Source of the DNA: an uncultured Bacilli bacterium
Lineage (GTDB): Bacteria > Bacillota_I > Bacilli_A > RFN20 > CAG-449
DNA: 64,000 nt
Assembly (NCBI GenBank): GCA_944332075.1
Contig: CALVJL010000007.1
Coordinates: forward strand, 318 to 64,317
Direction: 5' to 3'
In this document: piece by piece, positions 26,231 through 36,261 of the stretch
How positions within the stretch are numbered: the stretch's first letter is position 1
How the letters are laid out: each line of letters begins with the position of its first letter
Position numbers and translations under genes: made by a program
Notes under the pieces: model-generated
Database searches by the model: none
What the model was told of the DNA's origin: nothing
What the model saw: only the letters and a program-made list of their open reading frames with translations

Positions 26231-27277
26231 CTATTGAATCGGTTTAAGGAAGAATTTTCCATAAACCCTAAATGCGTTATTAACAGTAACGAATGCATGC
26301 GGATCAATTTTATAAATAATCTGCGTCGCCTTCTTTAATTCAAATGAAGAGATAACGGTAAAGATAATCTTTTTATCGGAATTATAGAAAGCACCTTTAG
26401 CATCGACAATCGTGCAGCCATGCGGGAATTGCTGAATGAGCATCTTAGCAACGCGCGGCTCACTGGTAACGATTTGTAATTGAACCTTTTTATTTCTTGT
26501 CGAGATATGATCGATAACCAGTGATGACGTAAAGAAATAAATTAAGGTATATAAAGCCATGGTGAATGAACCCGGGACACCAGGTGATGTCGGGGTATCA
26601 ACCGCGGCTAATAAGGTATAAGCGATAACAATTGATGTATTGATAATCAAAACATATTTTCCAATTGCGATACCTTTTTTCAATGCAAAGTACATCGAGA
26701 TGATATCCGTGCCTCCGGTTGAGTGACCTAATTCAACAGCGATAGAAATAGCTAAGCCGTTTAAGACACCTGCAAAAACCGCGCGGGCTAATAAATCGTT
26801 TTGGATATCAAAAATTTCGCACCACGATTCCGGTATCACAGAAATAAAAACAGATGTTAATAAAACATTGATAACCGAAAAGATAGCGAATTTCTTGCCG
26901 ATGCAGAAGAACGCTAAAAGGAATAAAGGAATATTCACCGCGAAATAGATAATAGACTGCATCGTGGCATGACTAATAATATAATCAATTCCTAACTTAT
27001 CTAATATTAATATTATTACTTGGCCAAACCCGGTTACACCTCCGCCGATTAAGTTATAATGATTAATATTAGGTGGTTCAACAAGTACACCATTTTCAAT
27101 AACTGGCTCTATAATATTAGCGCTAGGAGAAACTAAAGCCCTATATGAATAAGCCAAAGCAAAAGCGGCAATAACCGTTCCAATTAAAATAAAGCCATTA
27201 CTAGTTAGAAATTTTAAGACTGGATGTTCTAAGACATAATCATTCCATTTTTCTTTAAGTGCTGCAATACGCTTCAT
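26231..27277 (-). CDS. YitT-family membrane protein
   Basis: GGVTG, NIPLF, STGGTD, C-terminal DUF2179-like domain (HGCT..DAKGAF, IDPHAF). Confidence 0.9.
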   Translation of the reverse strand: MKRIAALKEKWNDYVLEHPVLKFLTSNGFILIGTVIAAFALAYSYRALVSPSANIIEPVIENGVLVEPPNINHYNLIGGGVTGFGQVIILILDKLGIDYIISHATMQSIIYFAVNIPLFLLAFFCIGKKFAIFSVINVLLTSVFISVIPESWCEIFDIQNDLLARAVFAGVLNGLAISIAVELGHSTGGTDIISMYFALKKGIAIGKYVLIINTSIVIAYTLLAAVDTPTSPGVPGSFTMALYTLIYFFTSSLVIDHISTRNKKVQLQIVTSEPRVAKMLIQQFPHGCTIVDAKGAFYNSDKKIIFTVISSFELKKATQIIYKIDPHAFVTVNNAFRVYGKFFLKPIQ

Positions 27278-27498
27278 AAACTAATTTTTTCCTCATTAGT
27301 ATTTTAGCATTTGAAAAATTTTTATCTATATAAAGATAATTGAAATAAGAAAGTCTTTTGTAAAACTTAGTTTCTTTATTAATTTTTGTAAATAAATGCA
27401 TGACAGAAGAAAAATTTTAAAGTATAATCGCTATTGAAAAGCCCTAATAATAATGGTATTATTATTTGGCTTATGTTTTAACTAATAGGAGGTTCGAC

Positions 27499-28179
27499 AT
27501 GAATACAAAAGTCGGGAATTTCTTTGTTTCAATCGGTCGCGGAATCAAGAAAGGATTCTTCGGTCTTATCAACTGGATCAAGACAACTGCTTGGATTCAA
27601 CCATTATTAATAGTTGCAGTTATCTTAGGTATCATTCTTTGCATTAAACCGGTTGGTTCATTAATCGGTAATCTCTTCAACCCAGATACCACCTATCAAT
27701 TCTATCGTCAACATACCGCTGATATGGATGATGTCTTAACTGTTATGAATAAAGACGGTACTAGCATTGTCTTATTCTACAGCGAGGATTCTTCTAGTAA
27801 GGATGCTGAAACAGCTATTATCAATTTCAACGCTGCTAATCCATCAGTTAGTTGGTACTGCATCAATGTCGATGGCACAAGCGATGAAGAAAATGATTTA
27901 GGTCAAACCGAAAAAGAACAATTACAAGATCAATTCGCTAATGAATTCCTCGATCAGTACGATAATCTTTATTACGAATTACCAGAAAGCATGAAGGATT
28001 CAAATTATCCAACAACCTTAGCTACCGATAGCGCAGCTATCCCAACTCCTCTCTTCGCTCGTTACGATAAAGGTGAATTATACGGAGTTAAAGTTGGAGT
28101 TAATTCAACTAACCCAGGTAAAGATCTCGATAACTTCATTAACGGCACTAAAGAAGACTGGGCTAACTTCACAATCTAA
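27499..28179 (+). CDS. Membrane-anchored protein with a degenerate thioredoxin-like fold
   Basis: AGGAGG RBS before ATG 27499; one TM helix; IVLFYS...IPTPLF; no CxxC. Confidence 0.6.
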   Translation: MNTKVGNFFVSIGRGIKKGFFGLINWIKTTAWIQPLLIVAVILGIILCIKPVGSLIGNLFNPDTTYQFYRQHTADMDDVLTVMNKDGTSIVLFYSEDSSSKDAETAIINFNAANPSVSWYCINVDGTSDEENDLGQTEKEQLQDQFANEFLDQYDNLYYELPESMKDSNYPTTLATDSAAIPTPLFARYDKGELYGVKVGVNSTNPGKDLDNFINGTKEDWANFTI

Positions 28180-28246
28180 CAAATAATAGGAACTGACAAA
28201 AGTTCCTTTTTTCTTGCTAATAAAAAAAATGAGATAACTCTCATTT

Positions 28247-28741
28247 TTATTTTTTTATCTTTAATTCTTTTTCCCGAATTGCAAATTGCTCAATGACAAT
28301 TGGAGGAACTAGCCCAGAAATATCGACGTTATGATAACGGAACTCTTTAATTGACGAAGAGGAAATAAAAGACTTGCCAGGTGAGGCCATTAAAAAGACC
28401 ATCTCTATACTTTTATCAAGATATTCATTACCCGCGGCTAAAGCGAATTCGTATTCAAAATCAGTCACCGCGCGTAAGCCTCTGACTATCGCTGAGCAAT
28501 TTAACTTCTTCGCGACATTAACAATTAAGTCTTCAGAAATAATTACTTCGACATTAGGAATATCTTTACAAGCTTCTTTCACCATCAATAAACGCTGCTG
28601 AGGGGTAAAGAAGGAGGTTTTAGAAATATTTTTTGCGACGCAGACATAGATTTTATCAAAAAGCTTCGCGCATCTTTTAATAATATCGATATGGCCGTTG
28701 GTCACTGGATCAAACGAACCAGGATAGATAACAGATCTCAT
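28247..28741 (-). CDS. coaD: Phosphopantetheine adenylyltransferase
   Basis: YPGSFDPVTNGH, RGLR...DFEYE, ISSS. Confidence 0.97.
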   Translation of the reverse strand: MRSVIYPGSFDPVTNGHIDIIKRCAKLFDKIYVCVAKNISKTSFFTPQQRLLMVKEACKDIPNVEVIISEDLIVNVAKKLNCSAIVRGLRAVTDFEYEFALAAGNEYLDKSIEMVFLMASPGKSFISSSSIKEFRYHNVDISGLVPPIVIEQFAIREKELKIKK

Positions 28742-29289
28742 TTTAAAGTCCTTTCTAAGAGAAGATAAACAATTCCGTAATGATATTTCTTATGATAAAC
28801 AAAACGTTCATCTTCATTTAATTCTTCATCGCTTTCTTTAACAATTAAGCAATCCTTATTTAGTAAATCTAATTCAATTAATAAATCGACAGCTCCTTGA
28901 TAATACTCTTTAAATTTATAAGGGGGATCGAGATAAACGATATCGAATTTAATATTTTTATCGCTTAATGATTTTAAATAAGTATGAAAATCACCTTTAT
29001 TAACATGCGTTTGTTCTTCAATCTTTAAAGTCTCAATGTTATTTTTTATTGTTTGGTACGCTTTAAAGTTTTTATCAAGAAAATAGCATTCTCTTCCCCC
29101 GCGCGATAATGATTCTAAGCCTAAAGCCCCAGAGCCAGCGAATAAATCTAAAATCACCGCGTCAATAACCTTTTCACCGATAATTGACATTAAAGCTTCG
29201 CGAACTTTATCAGTCGTCGGACGCGTTGTCGTCACTTCTGGAGCTTTAATTAATAAATGCCGGTACTTACCTGCGATAATCCTTAGCAT
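28738..29289 (-). CDS. rsmD: 16S rRNA m2G966 methyltransferase
   Basis: LRIIAG, TRPTTDKVRE, DLFAGSG, DPPY; conserved adjacency to coaD. Confidence 0.96.
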   Translation of the reverse strand: MLRIIAGKYRHLLIKAPEVTTTRPTTDKVREALMSIIGEKVIDAVILDLFAGSGALGLESLSRGGRECYFLDKNFKAYQTIKNNIETLKIEEQTHVNKGDFHTYLKSLSDKNIKFDIVYLDPPYKFKEYYQGAVDLLIELDLLNKDCLIVKESDEELNEDERFVYHKKYHYGIVYLLLERTLK

Positions 29290-29633
29290 ATTTTCTTTTT
29301 CCTTCTAAAACGAGAAAGCAAATTTCTTTCTAAATAGACAAAAGGTTCATTAGCCTCGTTATAGACTTTTAAATATTCTTGAACTAAGGGATGGGAGTCT
29401 AATGCAAGTTTTTTCTCATGGAGAATTTTCTTTTTTTCTTCGCAGATAGGTGAAGTGCTTTGATACCAACGCAAAACTTCATTATAGGCATCTAAAGCTT
29501 GATTCATCTCCTTAGATAAACGTCTAACTTCTTCATTATTAATTAATTTTTTTTCGATTTCTTGATATCTTTTCATCACTTCGCGAGAAAAGATTTTATT
29601 AGCTAGTAGAGTTTCTAATTCTTCAAGTTCCAT
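29283..29633 (-). CDS. YlbF/YmcA-family regulator
   Basis: Helical protein with LDSHPLVQEY motif, upstream of rsmD-coaD. Confidence 0.7.
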   Translation of the reverse strand: MELEELETLLANKIFSREVMKRYQEIEKKLINNEEVRRLSKEMNQALDAYNEVLRWYQSTSPICEEKKKILHEKKLALDSHPLVQEYLKVYNEANEPFVYLERNLLSRFRRKKKIC

Positions 29634-29735
29634 AAGTACCTCTTATATCAGTATTTTACAAATTTATCAATGATTAGTAAATATTTACTTAAAGCTGTTA
29701 ATCATGCTAAAATAAGCCCAAGAGGTAACTATAAT

Positions 29736-30110
29736 ATGCACATTTTAGAATCTGGTCAAGATTATCTTGAACGCATTTTAATGATTAAGAATAAAAAAGG
29801 TGTCGTTAGAAGTATCGATATTGCTAATGAGTTAAATTTCTCTAAGCCAAGCGTCTCAGTCGCGATGAAAAAACTTAGAGAAGAGCATCTAATTGAAGTT
29901 GATGAGAAAGGTTATATCACTTTAACAGAAGAAGGATACAAAATTGCTTCAGGAATCTTAGAAAGACACGTCATCATCTCGAAAATGCTCATCTCATTAG
30001 GCGTTAATGAAAAAACGGCCTTAGAAGATGCTTGCAAAATCGAACACGACTTAAGCGAAGAAACCTTCCAGGCTATTAAAAATCACTTTTTAAATAAGGT
30101 TAACAAATAA
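29736..30110 (+). CDS. DtxR/MntR-family metal-dependent regulator
   Basis: ESGQDYLE.I, DIA..L..SKPSVS, ERH, DACKIEH. Confidence 0.94.
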   Translation: MHILESGQDYLERILMIKNKKGVVRSIDIANELNFSKPSVSVAMKKLREEHLIEVDEKGYITLTEEGYKIASGILERHVIISKMLISLGVNEKTALEDACKIEHDLSEETFQAIKNHFLNKVNK

Positions 30111-30112
30111 CC

Positions 30113-30226
30113 TTATTTTTTATTTTTGCTCATTTGATAACGGACAAAAATAATAACTAAACAGATAAAGGCGATAGTAATGCCGATAAGAGCAATCATC
30201 CGCGGCAGGGAAATCAAACTATTCAT
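30113..30226 (-). CDS. Small single-TM protein, 37 aa (below ORF-track cutoff)
   Basis: GAAGGAG RBS, start overlapping the ABC gene end; MNSLISLPRMIALIGITIAFICLVIIFVRYQMSKNKK. Confidence 0.6.
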   Translation of the reverse strand: MNSLISLPRMIALIGITIAFICLVIIFVRYQMSKNKK

Positions 30227-31877
30227 AGATTACTCCTTCCTTCAATAAATAGACTTTATCGCAGTATTGAGCGATATTTTCTTGATGGGAGACAATAATA
30301 ACTGACATATCTCCCTTTTCTTTTAATAAGGCTTTATAAATTAATGAAGCATTAAGCGAATCAATATTACTTGTCGGCTCATCGAGTAATAAAAGCTTTG
30401 GTTTTCTTAAAAAGACTCTCGCTAAACCAATTCTTTGTTTTTCGCCTAAAGAAATATTTAATGCGCTTTCGTTAATAACGGTATCTAACTTATTCGGTAA
30501 ATTATTAATAAACTCACCTAAAGAAGCTTTTTCTAATGCTATCATGATTTCTTCATCACTAGCGTCGGCTTTAGCGATTTTTAAGTTATCGCGGATTGTT
30601 TCATTAAAGAGATAGGTTTGCTGAGAGAACATGCTGACATTATCTTTTAATGATGTATCATCAATAGTACGTAATTCTTGATCGTTATAATAGATTGCAC
30701 CTTGATAAGGATAATAACGCATTAAAAGTTTTAATAAGGTCGATTTACCCGCGCCGGACTGCCCTTTTAATAAGACAATTTCACCTTTGTTAACATGGAA
30801 ATTAACCTTATTTAAGATTATTTTCTCGTCATAGCCAAAGGACAGATTCTGAATATCTAAAGAAGTAAAATCAAAAGTCTTATCATTATGAACTTCTTTT
30901 ACTTTAGCTTTTTCGTCAAGCAAAGCAAATAAGCGTCTAGCCGAAGCAAAGGTTTGATTTAAATTGCCTGGTAAGGAAGCTAAAGAAACCACCGGGCCAT
31001 AAGAAGTTAATAAAGTAACTAGAGAAACGATAATTAATGAAAAGGCGATTAATCCTTTATTAAAGAGATAAAAGTTTAAAAAGAGCATTGCTAAGGCGGA
31101 AAGAATAATTAATGTATCAACGACAATTCTAACGGTTTTAGAGTTATATAAACTTTTTTCGCTTTGCTTTTGTAAGCTTAAAGTTTTTGCTAAATTTTCC
31201 TTTTTAATCTCTTCTTCCTTTTGCGAAAAGATAATATCGTTTTTACCTTTTAAAATATCGAGGTAAAAGCTTTGATAAGAAGCCAATTCACTTCGATAGA
31301 TCTTTCCGTTACGTTTATTAATTTGATAAAAGATTAGAGGAATAACTACGCCGATTAACAAATAGAAAGCTAAAGCTAGTAAGCCAGTTAAATAATGGAC
31401 AAATAAACTTAAAAAGACTACAATCACCCCATTAGCGATTAAAGCGATTAAAATCGGGGAAATAGTATGCGCGTAGAAAACCTCCAATGTTTCAACATCG
31501 CTAGTAATCTGGGAAACTAAATCACCTTTAGAATCGTTATCGACTTTACTCGGTGAAAGGCTTCTTACCTTTTCAAAAATAATATGCCTGATAGAAGCTA
31601 AAATCTTAAAGGCGATATAGTGATTTGAATACTGTTCAAAATAACGTAAGACTCCGCGTAAAACTCCAAATAATACCATTAACGATAATAAAAGAGGATA
31701 AGATAAGGTGATAGCTAACCCTAAAGCCTTAGCTAAGGTTAACGAAGCAAAAATAGCTACTGACATCGCCAGAAGATTTCCGACAATTCCGTTAATCACT
31801 GCTAAGATGACAATTTTTCTAAATCCTTTAATTAAGGATAATAACCTGATAATTAAATTCTTACGCATATAAATCAC
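30219..31877 (-). CDS. CydC-like ABC transporter (TMD+NBD)
   Basis: RYFEQY..H..AF, DVETLE, GQSGAGKS, ISLGEKQR, LLLDEPT. Confidence 0.9.
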   Translation of the reverse strand: MIYMRKNLIIRLLSLIKGFRKIVILAVINGIVGNLLAMSVAIFASLTLAKALGLAITLSYPLLLSLMVLFGVLRGVLRYFEQYSNHYIAFKILASIRHIIFEKVRSLSPSKVDNDSKGDLVSQITSDVETLEVFYAHTISPILIALIANGVIVVFLSLFVHYLTGLLALAFYLLIGVVIPLIFYQINKRNGKIYRSELASYQSFYLDILKGKNDIIFSQKEEEIKKENLAKTLSLQKQSEKSLYNSKTVRIVVDTLIILSALAMLFLNFYLFNKGLIAFSLIIVSLVTLLTSYGPVVSLASLPGNLNQTFASARRLFALLDEKAKVKEVHNDKTFDFTSLDIQNLSFGYDEKIILNKVNFHVNKGEIVLLKGQSGAGKSTLLKLLMRYYPYQGAIYYNDQELRTIDDTSLKDNVSMFSQQTYLFNETIRDNLKIAKADASDEEIMIALEKASLGEFINNLPNKLDTVINESALNISLGEKQRIGLARVFLRKPKLLLLDEPTSNIDSLNASLIYKALLKEKGDMSVIIVSHQENIAQYCDKVYLLKEGVIYE

Positions 31878-33564
31878 CTTCTATCTGTTTTTGCTTTTGA
31901 TAAAGCGAAGCAAATTCTTGATTATCTTTGATTAATGAAGCAAAATTACCTCTTTCTTTAATCTCGCCATGCTTTAAATAAAGTATTTCTTTACAAGGCT
32001 GAAGATTTCTTAAGTGATGCGAGATAACGATTACTAATTTATCTTGACTCAGTTTTTGAATTAATGAATTAATTATTTCTTCGCTTTCATTATCGATATT
32101 GCTCGTCGCCTCATCAAAGATATAGACCTTTTTATCTAAAGAAAGATAAATCGCTAAGACCATTCTTTGCTTCTGCCCCCCGGAGAGATTAGTTGTATCT
32201 TCGCTTAATTTATAATCTAAGCTTAATGACTCTAAACGCACTAATTTTAATAATTTTAAGATCTCTTCATCGCTTAAAAGAGGATTAATTAAATGAAAGT
32301 TTTCTCTAACAGTTTTATTAAAAAGATGAGAGTTATAGGAAATAAAAGCTGTTAAATTAAAATAAGAACTCTCTTCGATACTAGACAAATTAATATCATC
32401 AATTAGTATCTGTCCTTCATGTATTAAACTTTCTTTGCTAAGCAACCTGACAATTGTCGATTTACCTCCTCCAGAAGCCCCGGCAATTCCGTATAATCCG
32501 CTTCTAGAAAAATTAAAGGAAACATTATTTAATGCTTTATTATTGCTGCCTTCATACGTCAAAGAAACATTCTTAAAGGTAATATTATTAATATCATTAA
32601 TGATGACATCACCTTTCTTTTCTTCTTGGTAATTTAATATTTCTAAAATCTTTTTACCCGCGGAAGCTCCGTTCATGGAAATATGAAACGCTGAACCTAG
32701 ATAACGCATCGGAAGGAAAAATTCGCTGCCGACTAAGATAATAAAGATTACTAAAGCAAAATTAGTAATGCCCCCGTTAAAGAAGCTAATTAACGCGCAT
32801 AATAAGCCAACAGCCGCGCCGCCATAAGCAATTAAATCCATTAATGATGTTGAATATAACTGCATTACTAAGACCTTCATCGTTACTTTTCGAAATTCTT
32901 CTGCGTTTTGATCAAGCTTTTCTTGCTGACGTAAATCAGCATTAAAGATTTTTAATTCTTTCATGCCCATCAACGAATCATAGAAATCACCGCCCATTGA
33001 TAAATATTTATCCCAGTACTTATTAAAAATTTTCTTTGCATATTTACTGACTAAGATAATTGAAAGAGGAATTAATGGCACGCAGATTAAGAAAATAAAG
33101 GCCGTTAATAAATCGATAAAGCAAAATATAATAAATAAGATAATCGGTCCAATTAACGCGTAGAAAAATTGAGGAAGATAAACGCTATAATAAAGGTTTA
33201 ATTGCTCTACCCCTTCAATGCCTAACTGGGCTAAAGCTTCAGAGTTATAAGGTAACGTCTTTCTAAATGAAAAAATCTTACTTAAAACATCATTTCTTAA
33301 TTTTACTTTTACTTCTCTTCCTAAGCTCGCTTCGCTTTTACTAATAGAAAGAGAAAATAAAATCTTCAAAGCGATCAAGAGAAAAAAAGTTAAAATTAGA
33401 TAAGTAATCGACTCAAACTGGCTATTAGCAATTTGATAGATAAATAATGCTAATAAGGCGTATAGTGAAACAGATATCAGCAGATTTAATAAATTAATAA
33501 AGGTAATAAAAAAGATTTTCTTTTTATCTTTACCTAAAAATTTTAACAATGCTTTATCAATCAT
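31861..33564 (-). CDS. CydD-like ABC transporter (TMD+NBD)
   Basis: YLPQ, EFFLPMR.LG..FH, GASGGGKS, LSGGQKQR, DEATS. Confidence 0.9.
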   Translation of the reverse strand: MIDKALLKFLGKDKKKIFFITFINLLNLLISVSLYALLALFIYQIANSQFESITYLILTFFLLIALKILFSLSISKSEASLGREVKVKLRNDVLSKIFSFRKTLPYNSEALAQLGIEGVEQLNLYYSVYLPQFFYALIGPIILFIIFCFIDLLTAFIFLICVPLIPLSIILVSKYAKKIFNKYWDKYLSMGGDFYDSLMGMKELKIFNADLRQQEKLDQNAEEFRKVTMKVLVMQLYSTSLMDLIAYGGAAVGLLCALISFFNGGITNFALVIFIILVGSEFFLPMRYLGSAFHISMNGASAGKKILEILNYQEEKKGDVIINDINNITFKNVSLTYEGSNNKALNNVSFNFSRSGLYGIAGASGGGKSTIVRLLSKESLIHEGQILIDDINLSSIEESSYFNLTAFISYNSHLFNKTVRENFHLINPLLSDEEILKLLKLVRLESLSLDYKLSEDTTNLSGGQKQRMVLAIYLSLDKKVYIFDEATSNIDNESEEIINSLIQKLSQDKLVIVISHHLRNLQPCKEILYLKHGEIKERGNFASLIKDNQEFASLYQKQKQIEGDLYA

Positions 33565-33973
33565 ATTTTTGCTCCATCTGTCTTATTTTGATATATTCTG
33601 CTCTCGATACTGTTTTGATTTTGAAAATAAAATAAAGATACTTAATTAAAATCAAAATAGTTAAGCAAATGCTCATATAAAGGTTATTAACGCTATACAT
33701 GGCCATAAAAAGCATCAATGAAACTAGACTTAATAATATCATCTGTCCATACCATGTCATCACCTTATGCTTAGTGAAATTTTCTAAATGCTTTTTATAA
33801 ATCTTAGTTGAATGAAACCAGTTATTAAATTTATCTGAGCCACGAGAAAAGAAAAAGGAAGTGAGCAATAAAAACGGAACAGTCGGTAAAATAGGAAGAA
33901 TTATTCCAACTATACCTAAACCTAAAAAAATAAAACCTAAACTGATATAGATAGCCTTTTTTATCTTGTTCAT
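33557..33973 (-). CDS. YbaN/DUF454 membrane protein
   Basis: LGIVGIILPILPTVPFLLL...F.RGS. Confidence 0.9.
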   Translation of the reverse strand: MNKIKKAIYISLGFIFLGLGIVGIILPILPTVPFLLLTSFFFSRGSDKFNNWFHSTKIYKKHLENFTKHKVMTWYGQMILLSLVSLMLFMAMYSVNNLYMSICLTILILIKYLYFIFKIKTVSRAEYIKIRQMEQKYD

Positions 33974-34273
33974 TTAATTGCTCCTTTCAAAGAGATGTTT
34001 AAATAATAAAATTGGATGTTTAAATAACATTCTCGGTCCAGCATAACGCATGACCTTTTTCATCTTTTCCCGGTATTCTTTTTGATAGCAATGAATCTTA
34101 CAATGGGAACAGAACTTTTTATTATCTTTAAACGGACACTTACTTAACCTAAGTTCGGCATAACGAAGCAAATTTAAACATTCTTCATTATCTTCTAACT
34201 TCTTTTTATCGACGCCTTGAGAATACATAGAAATCATCAAGGCAACAATTTTCTTCTCTTTTTCTATTTTCAT
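33974..34273 (-). CDS. YgbA-like (nitrous oxide-stimulated promoter family) Cys-rich protein
   Basis: EKK.V..MI..Y, RL.KCPF...K.FC.HC.IHCY, VMRYAGPRM...HP. Confidence 0.9.
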   Translation of the reverse strand: MKIEKEKKIVALMISMYSQGVDKKKLEDNEECLNLLRYAELRLSKCPFKDNKKFCSHCKIHCYQKEYREKMKKVMRYAGPRMLFKHPILLFKHLFERSN

Positions 34274-34298
34274 AACTCAAGATACCTCTTAAAAATAT

Positions 34299-34545
34299 AG
34301 AGGTTAATGTTAACTCAGTAGGAGAAGATATAAGTTTAACTATTTCTATTCATTCTAATTTTTAAGAAGATTGATATTTGATTTAGAGAGAAGTAAACAA
34401 AGCATAAGAATAATCTAAATATCAATAACTAAAAACTTAAAACGAGAAGCATTAAACCTATCAATAACGGCAGAAAGAATATTTATAGAAGGAAGAAACA
34501 TAATAATAAATACATTGCCGTTATCTGAGTTAACAATTAACCTCT
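34299..34545 (-). ncRNA. Candidate multi-stem cis-regulatory RNA in the 5' leader of the ygbA-ybaN-cydDC-like operon
   Basis: 20-bp closing inverted repeat with nested inverted repeats inside; its 3' arm can alternatively pair with the downstream Shine-Dalgarno. Confidence 0.55.
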
Positions 34546-34552
34546 TTTAATT

Positions 34553-34643
34553 GGTTAGTAATGACTAACCTATAATGATAAGATAAAGCTGATATTTAAA
34601 TCAGCCTTTAAGTTAGTTTATACTAACTATCTTTATTTAGCAA
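34553..34643 (-). promoter_or_regulatory. Sigma-A promoter with two DtxR-type palindromes
   Basis: GGTTAGT-AATG-ACTAACC (34553-34570) and AGTTAGT-TTAT-ACTAACT (34611-34628). Minus-strand TTGCTA-17bp-TAAACT overlaps the second box. Confidence 0.75.
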
Positions 34644-34757
34644 GTATTTTTTTCAACTTTTTTATTTATCTTTCATAAAGGCAATTATTGCAAAAATATA
34701 ATTTAGTCCTATAATTATTTAGTCATTAATATTTATTAATTTGTTATAGGGATATTT

Positions 34758-36128
34758 ATGAAAAAACTTTCACTTCAAGAAGAAGCCGAACTCTTCGGTA
34801 AAGAAAAAATTTATAAAATATTATTGAGGACTGCTCCTCCAGTAATGCTCGCCCAATTAATTCAGGCTCTATATAATATTGTCGACTCTTTCTTCGTCGG
34901 CCATTATTCAAACGATGGATTAACCGCCTTATCAGTTATCTATCCTCTGCAGTTAATCATTACCGCGTTAGCTGTCGGTACCGGTGTCGGAGTCAACACC
35001 TTAATGTCACGTTATTACGCGGCAAATAAAGAAAGCGAAGCGAATAAAGCCGGTGGATGCGGAATTGTTGTATCGTTATTTCTTTGGATGATTTTCTCAA
35101 TCATCTCAGTCTTCATCTTAAGACCGTTTGCCATGACCAGCGCTGATTCACCTCAGGCAATTGACTATGCCGTTGAGTACGGCATGATCTGCTGCGTTGG
35201 CTCAATCTTTATATTTGTTGAAAGTATCTTCACCAAGATTCACCAAGCTCACGGCAATATGGTTATCCCGATGATTGCTCAAGTATCCGGAGCTATTACC
35301 AACATTATCTTTGACCCATTATTAATCTTCGGAATTGGCTTTTTCCCAGAACTCGGAATCAAAGGCGCGGCTATCGCGACTGTCTTAGGGCAGTTAGTCG
35401 CTGCGATTATCGTCGGCATTAAAGGCTTTAGAAAATCACCGGCTCTATCGACTTATCCAAAGTATATTAAAAATATCTTTAAGCTTGGTTTCCCATCGAT
35501 TTTCATGCAAGTCTTATATACAGTTTATATTTTAGCCTTAAATATTATTTTAAATGGCTTTTCTGATCAAGCTGTCACGGTTTTAGGGCTTTATTATAAA
35601 ATTCAATCCTTCTTCTTCATTCCGTTATTTGGCTTACAAACATGTATTGTTCCTATTCTCAGCTTTAACTATGCTCAAGGACGTTATCAAAGAGTTAAAT
35701 CGGTTTTCCATGAGTCATTAATCATATCGGCTGTCTTTATGGTAATCGGCATTCTCTGCTTTGAATTAATTCCAGGCCAATTAATCGGTTTATTCTCAGA
35801 AGATGATTTAGTTAAACAAATCGGTACAACGGCCTTTAGAATAATCGGTATATCTTTCTTACCAGCCTGCGTTTCCTTAATGTCACCGGTATTCTTCCAA
35901 GCACTTGGAAAAGGAGTAAAAAGCGTCTTGCTTTCTTTAACTAGACAAATTTTCTGTTTAATCCCAATTTTCTACGCTTTCTCGTTTATCGGCCTAGATT
36001 ATACCTGGATTGCTTTCCCGGTTGCTGAGACAACCACGACGATTATTGCAGTTATCCTCTATTTCTTAACTGTGAGAAAATGGAAAGCGCTAGGCCACGA
36101 TCAAGAAAAAATTCTTAATCTTAACTAA
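34758..36128 (+). CDS. MATE-family efflux transporter
   Basis: YNIVDSFFVG, NIIFDPLLIFG...LGIKGAAIAT, about 12 TM segments. Confidence 0.95.
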   Translation: MKKLSLQEEAELFGKEKIYKILLRTAPPVMLAQLIQALYNIVDSFFVGHYSNDGLTALSVIYPLQLIITALAVGTGVGVNTLMSRYYAANKESEANKAGGCGIVVSLFLWMIFSIISVFILRPFAMTSADSPQAIDYAVEYGMICCVGSIFIFVESIFTKIHQAHGNMVIPMIAQVSGAITNIIFDPLLIFGIGFFPELGIKGAAIATVLGQLVAAIIVGIKGFRKSPALSTYPKYIKNIFKLGFPSIFMQVLYTVYILALNIILNGFSDQAVTVLGLYYKIQSFFFIPLFGLQTCIVPILSFNYAQGRYQRVKSVFHESLIISAVFMVIGILCFELIPGQLIGLFSEDDLVKQIGTTAFRIIGISFLPACVSLMSPVFFQALGKGVKSVLLSLTRQIFCLIPIFYAFSFIGLDYTWIAFPVAETTTTIIAVILYFLTVRKWKALGHDQEKILNLN

Positions 36129-36261
36129 TAATTAAATTAATGAATACAGTCGCTTATTTATCTAAGCGACTTTTTGTTATATAATTTCAATATAAAAGTT
36201 ATATAGAATAACTATTTATTAAGAAAGGAGGATTCATAGCCTTGGCTATGGAACACTTTAC

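Noticed and set aside
30219-33564. Assigning the symbols cydC/cydD
   Set aside because: Family resemblance only; no cydAB in the window and the context points to metal regulation, so the symbols are withheld.
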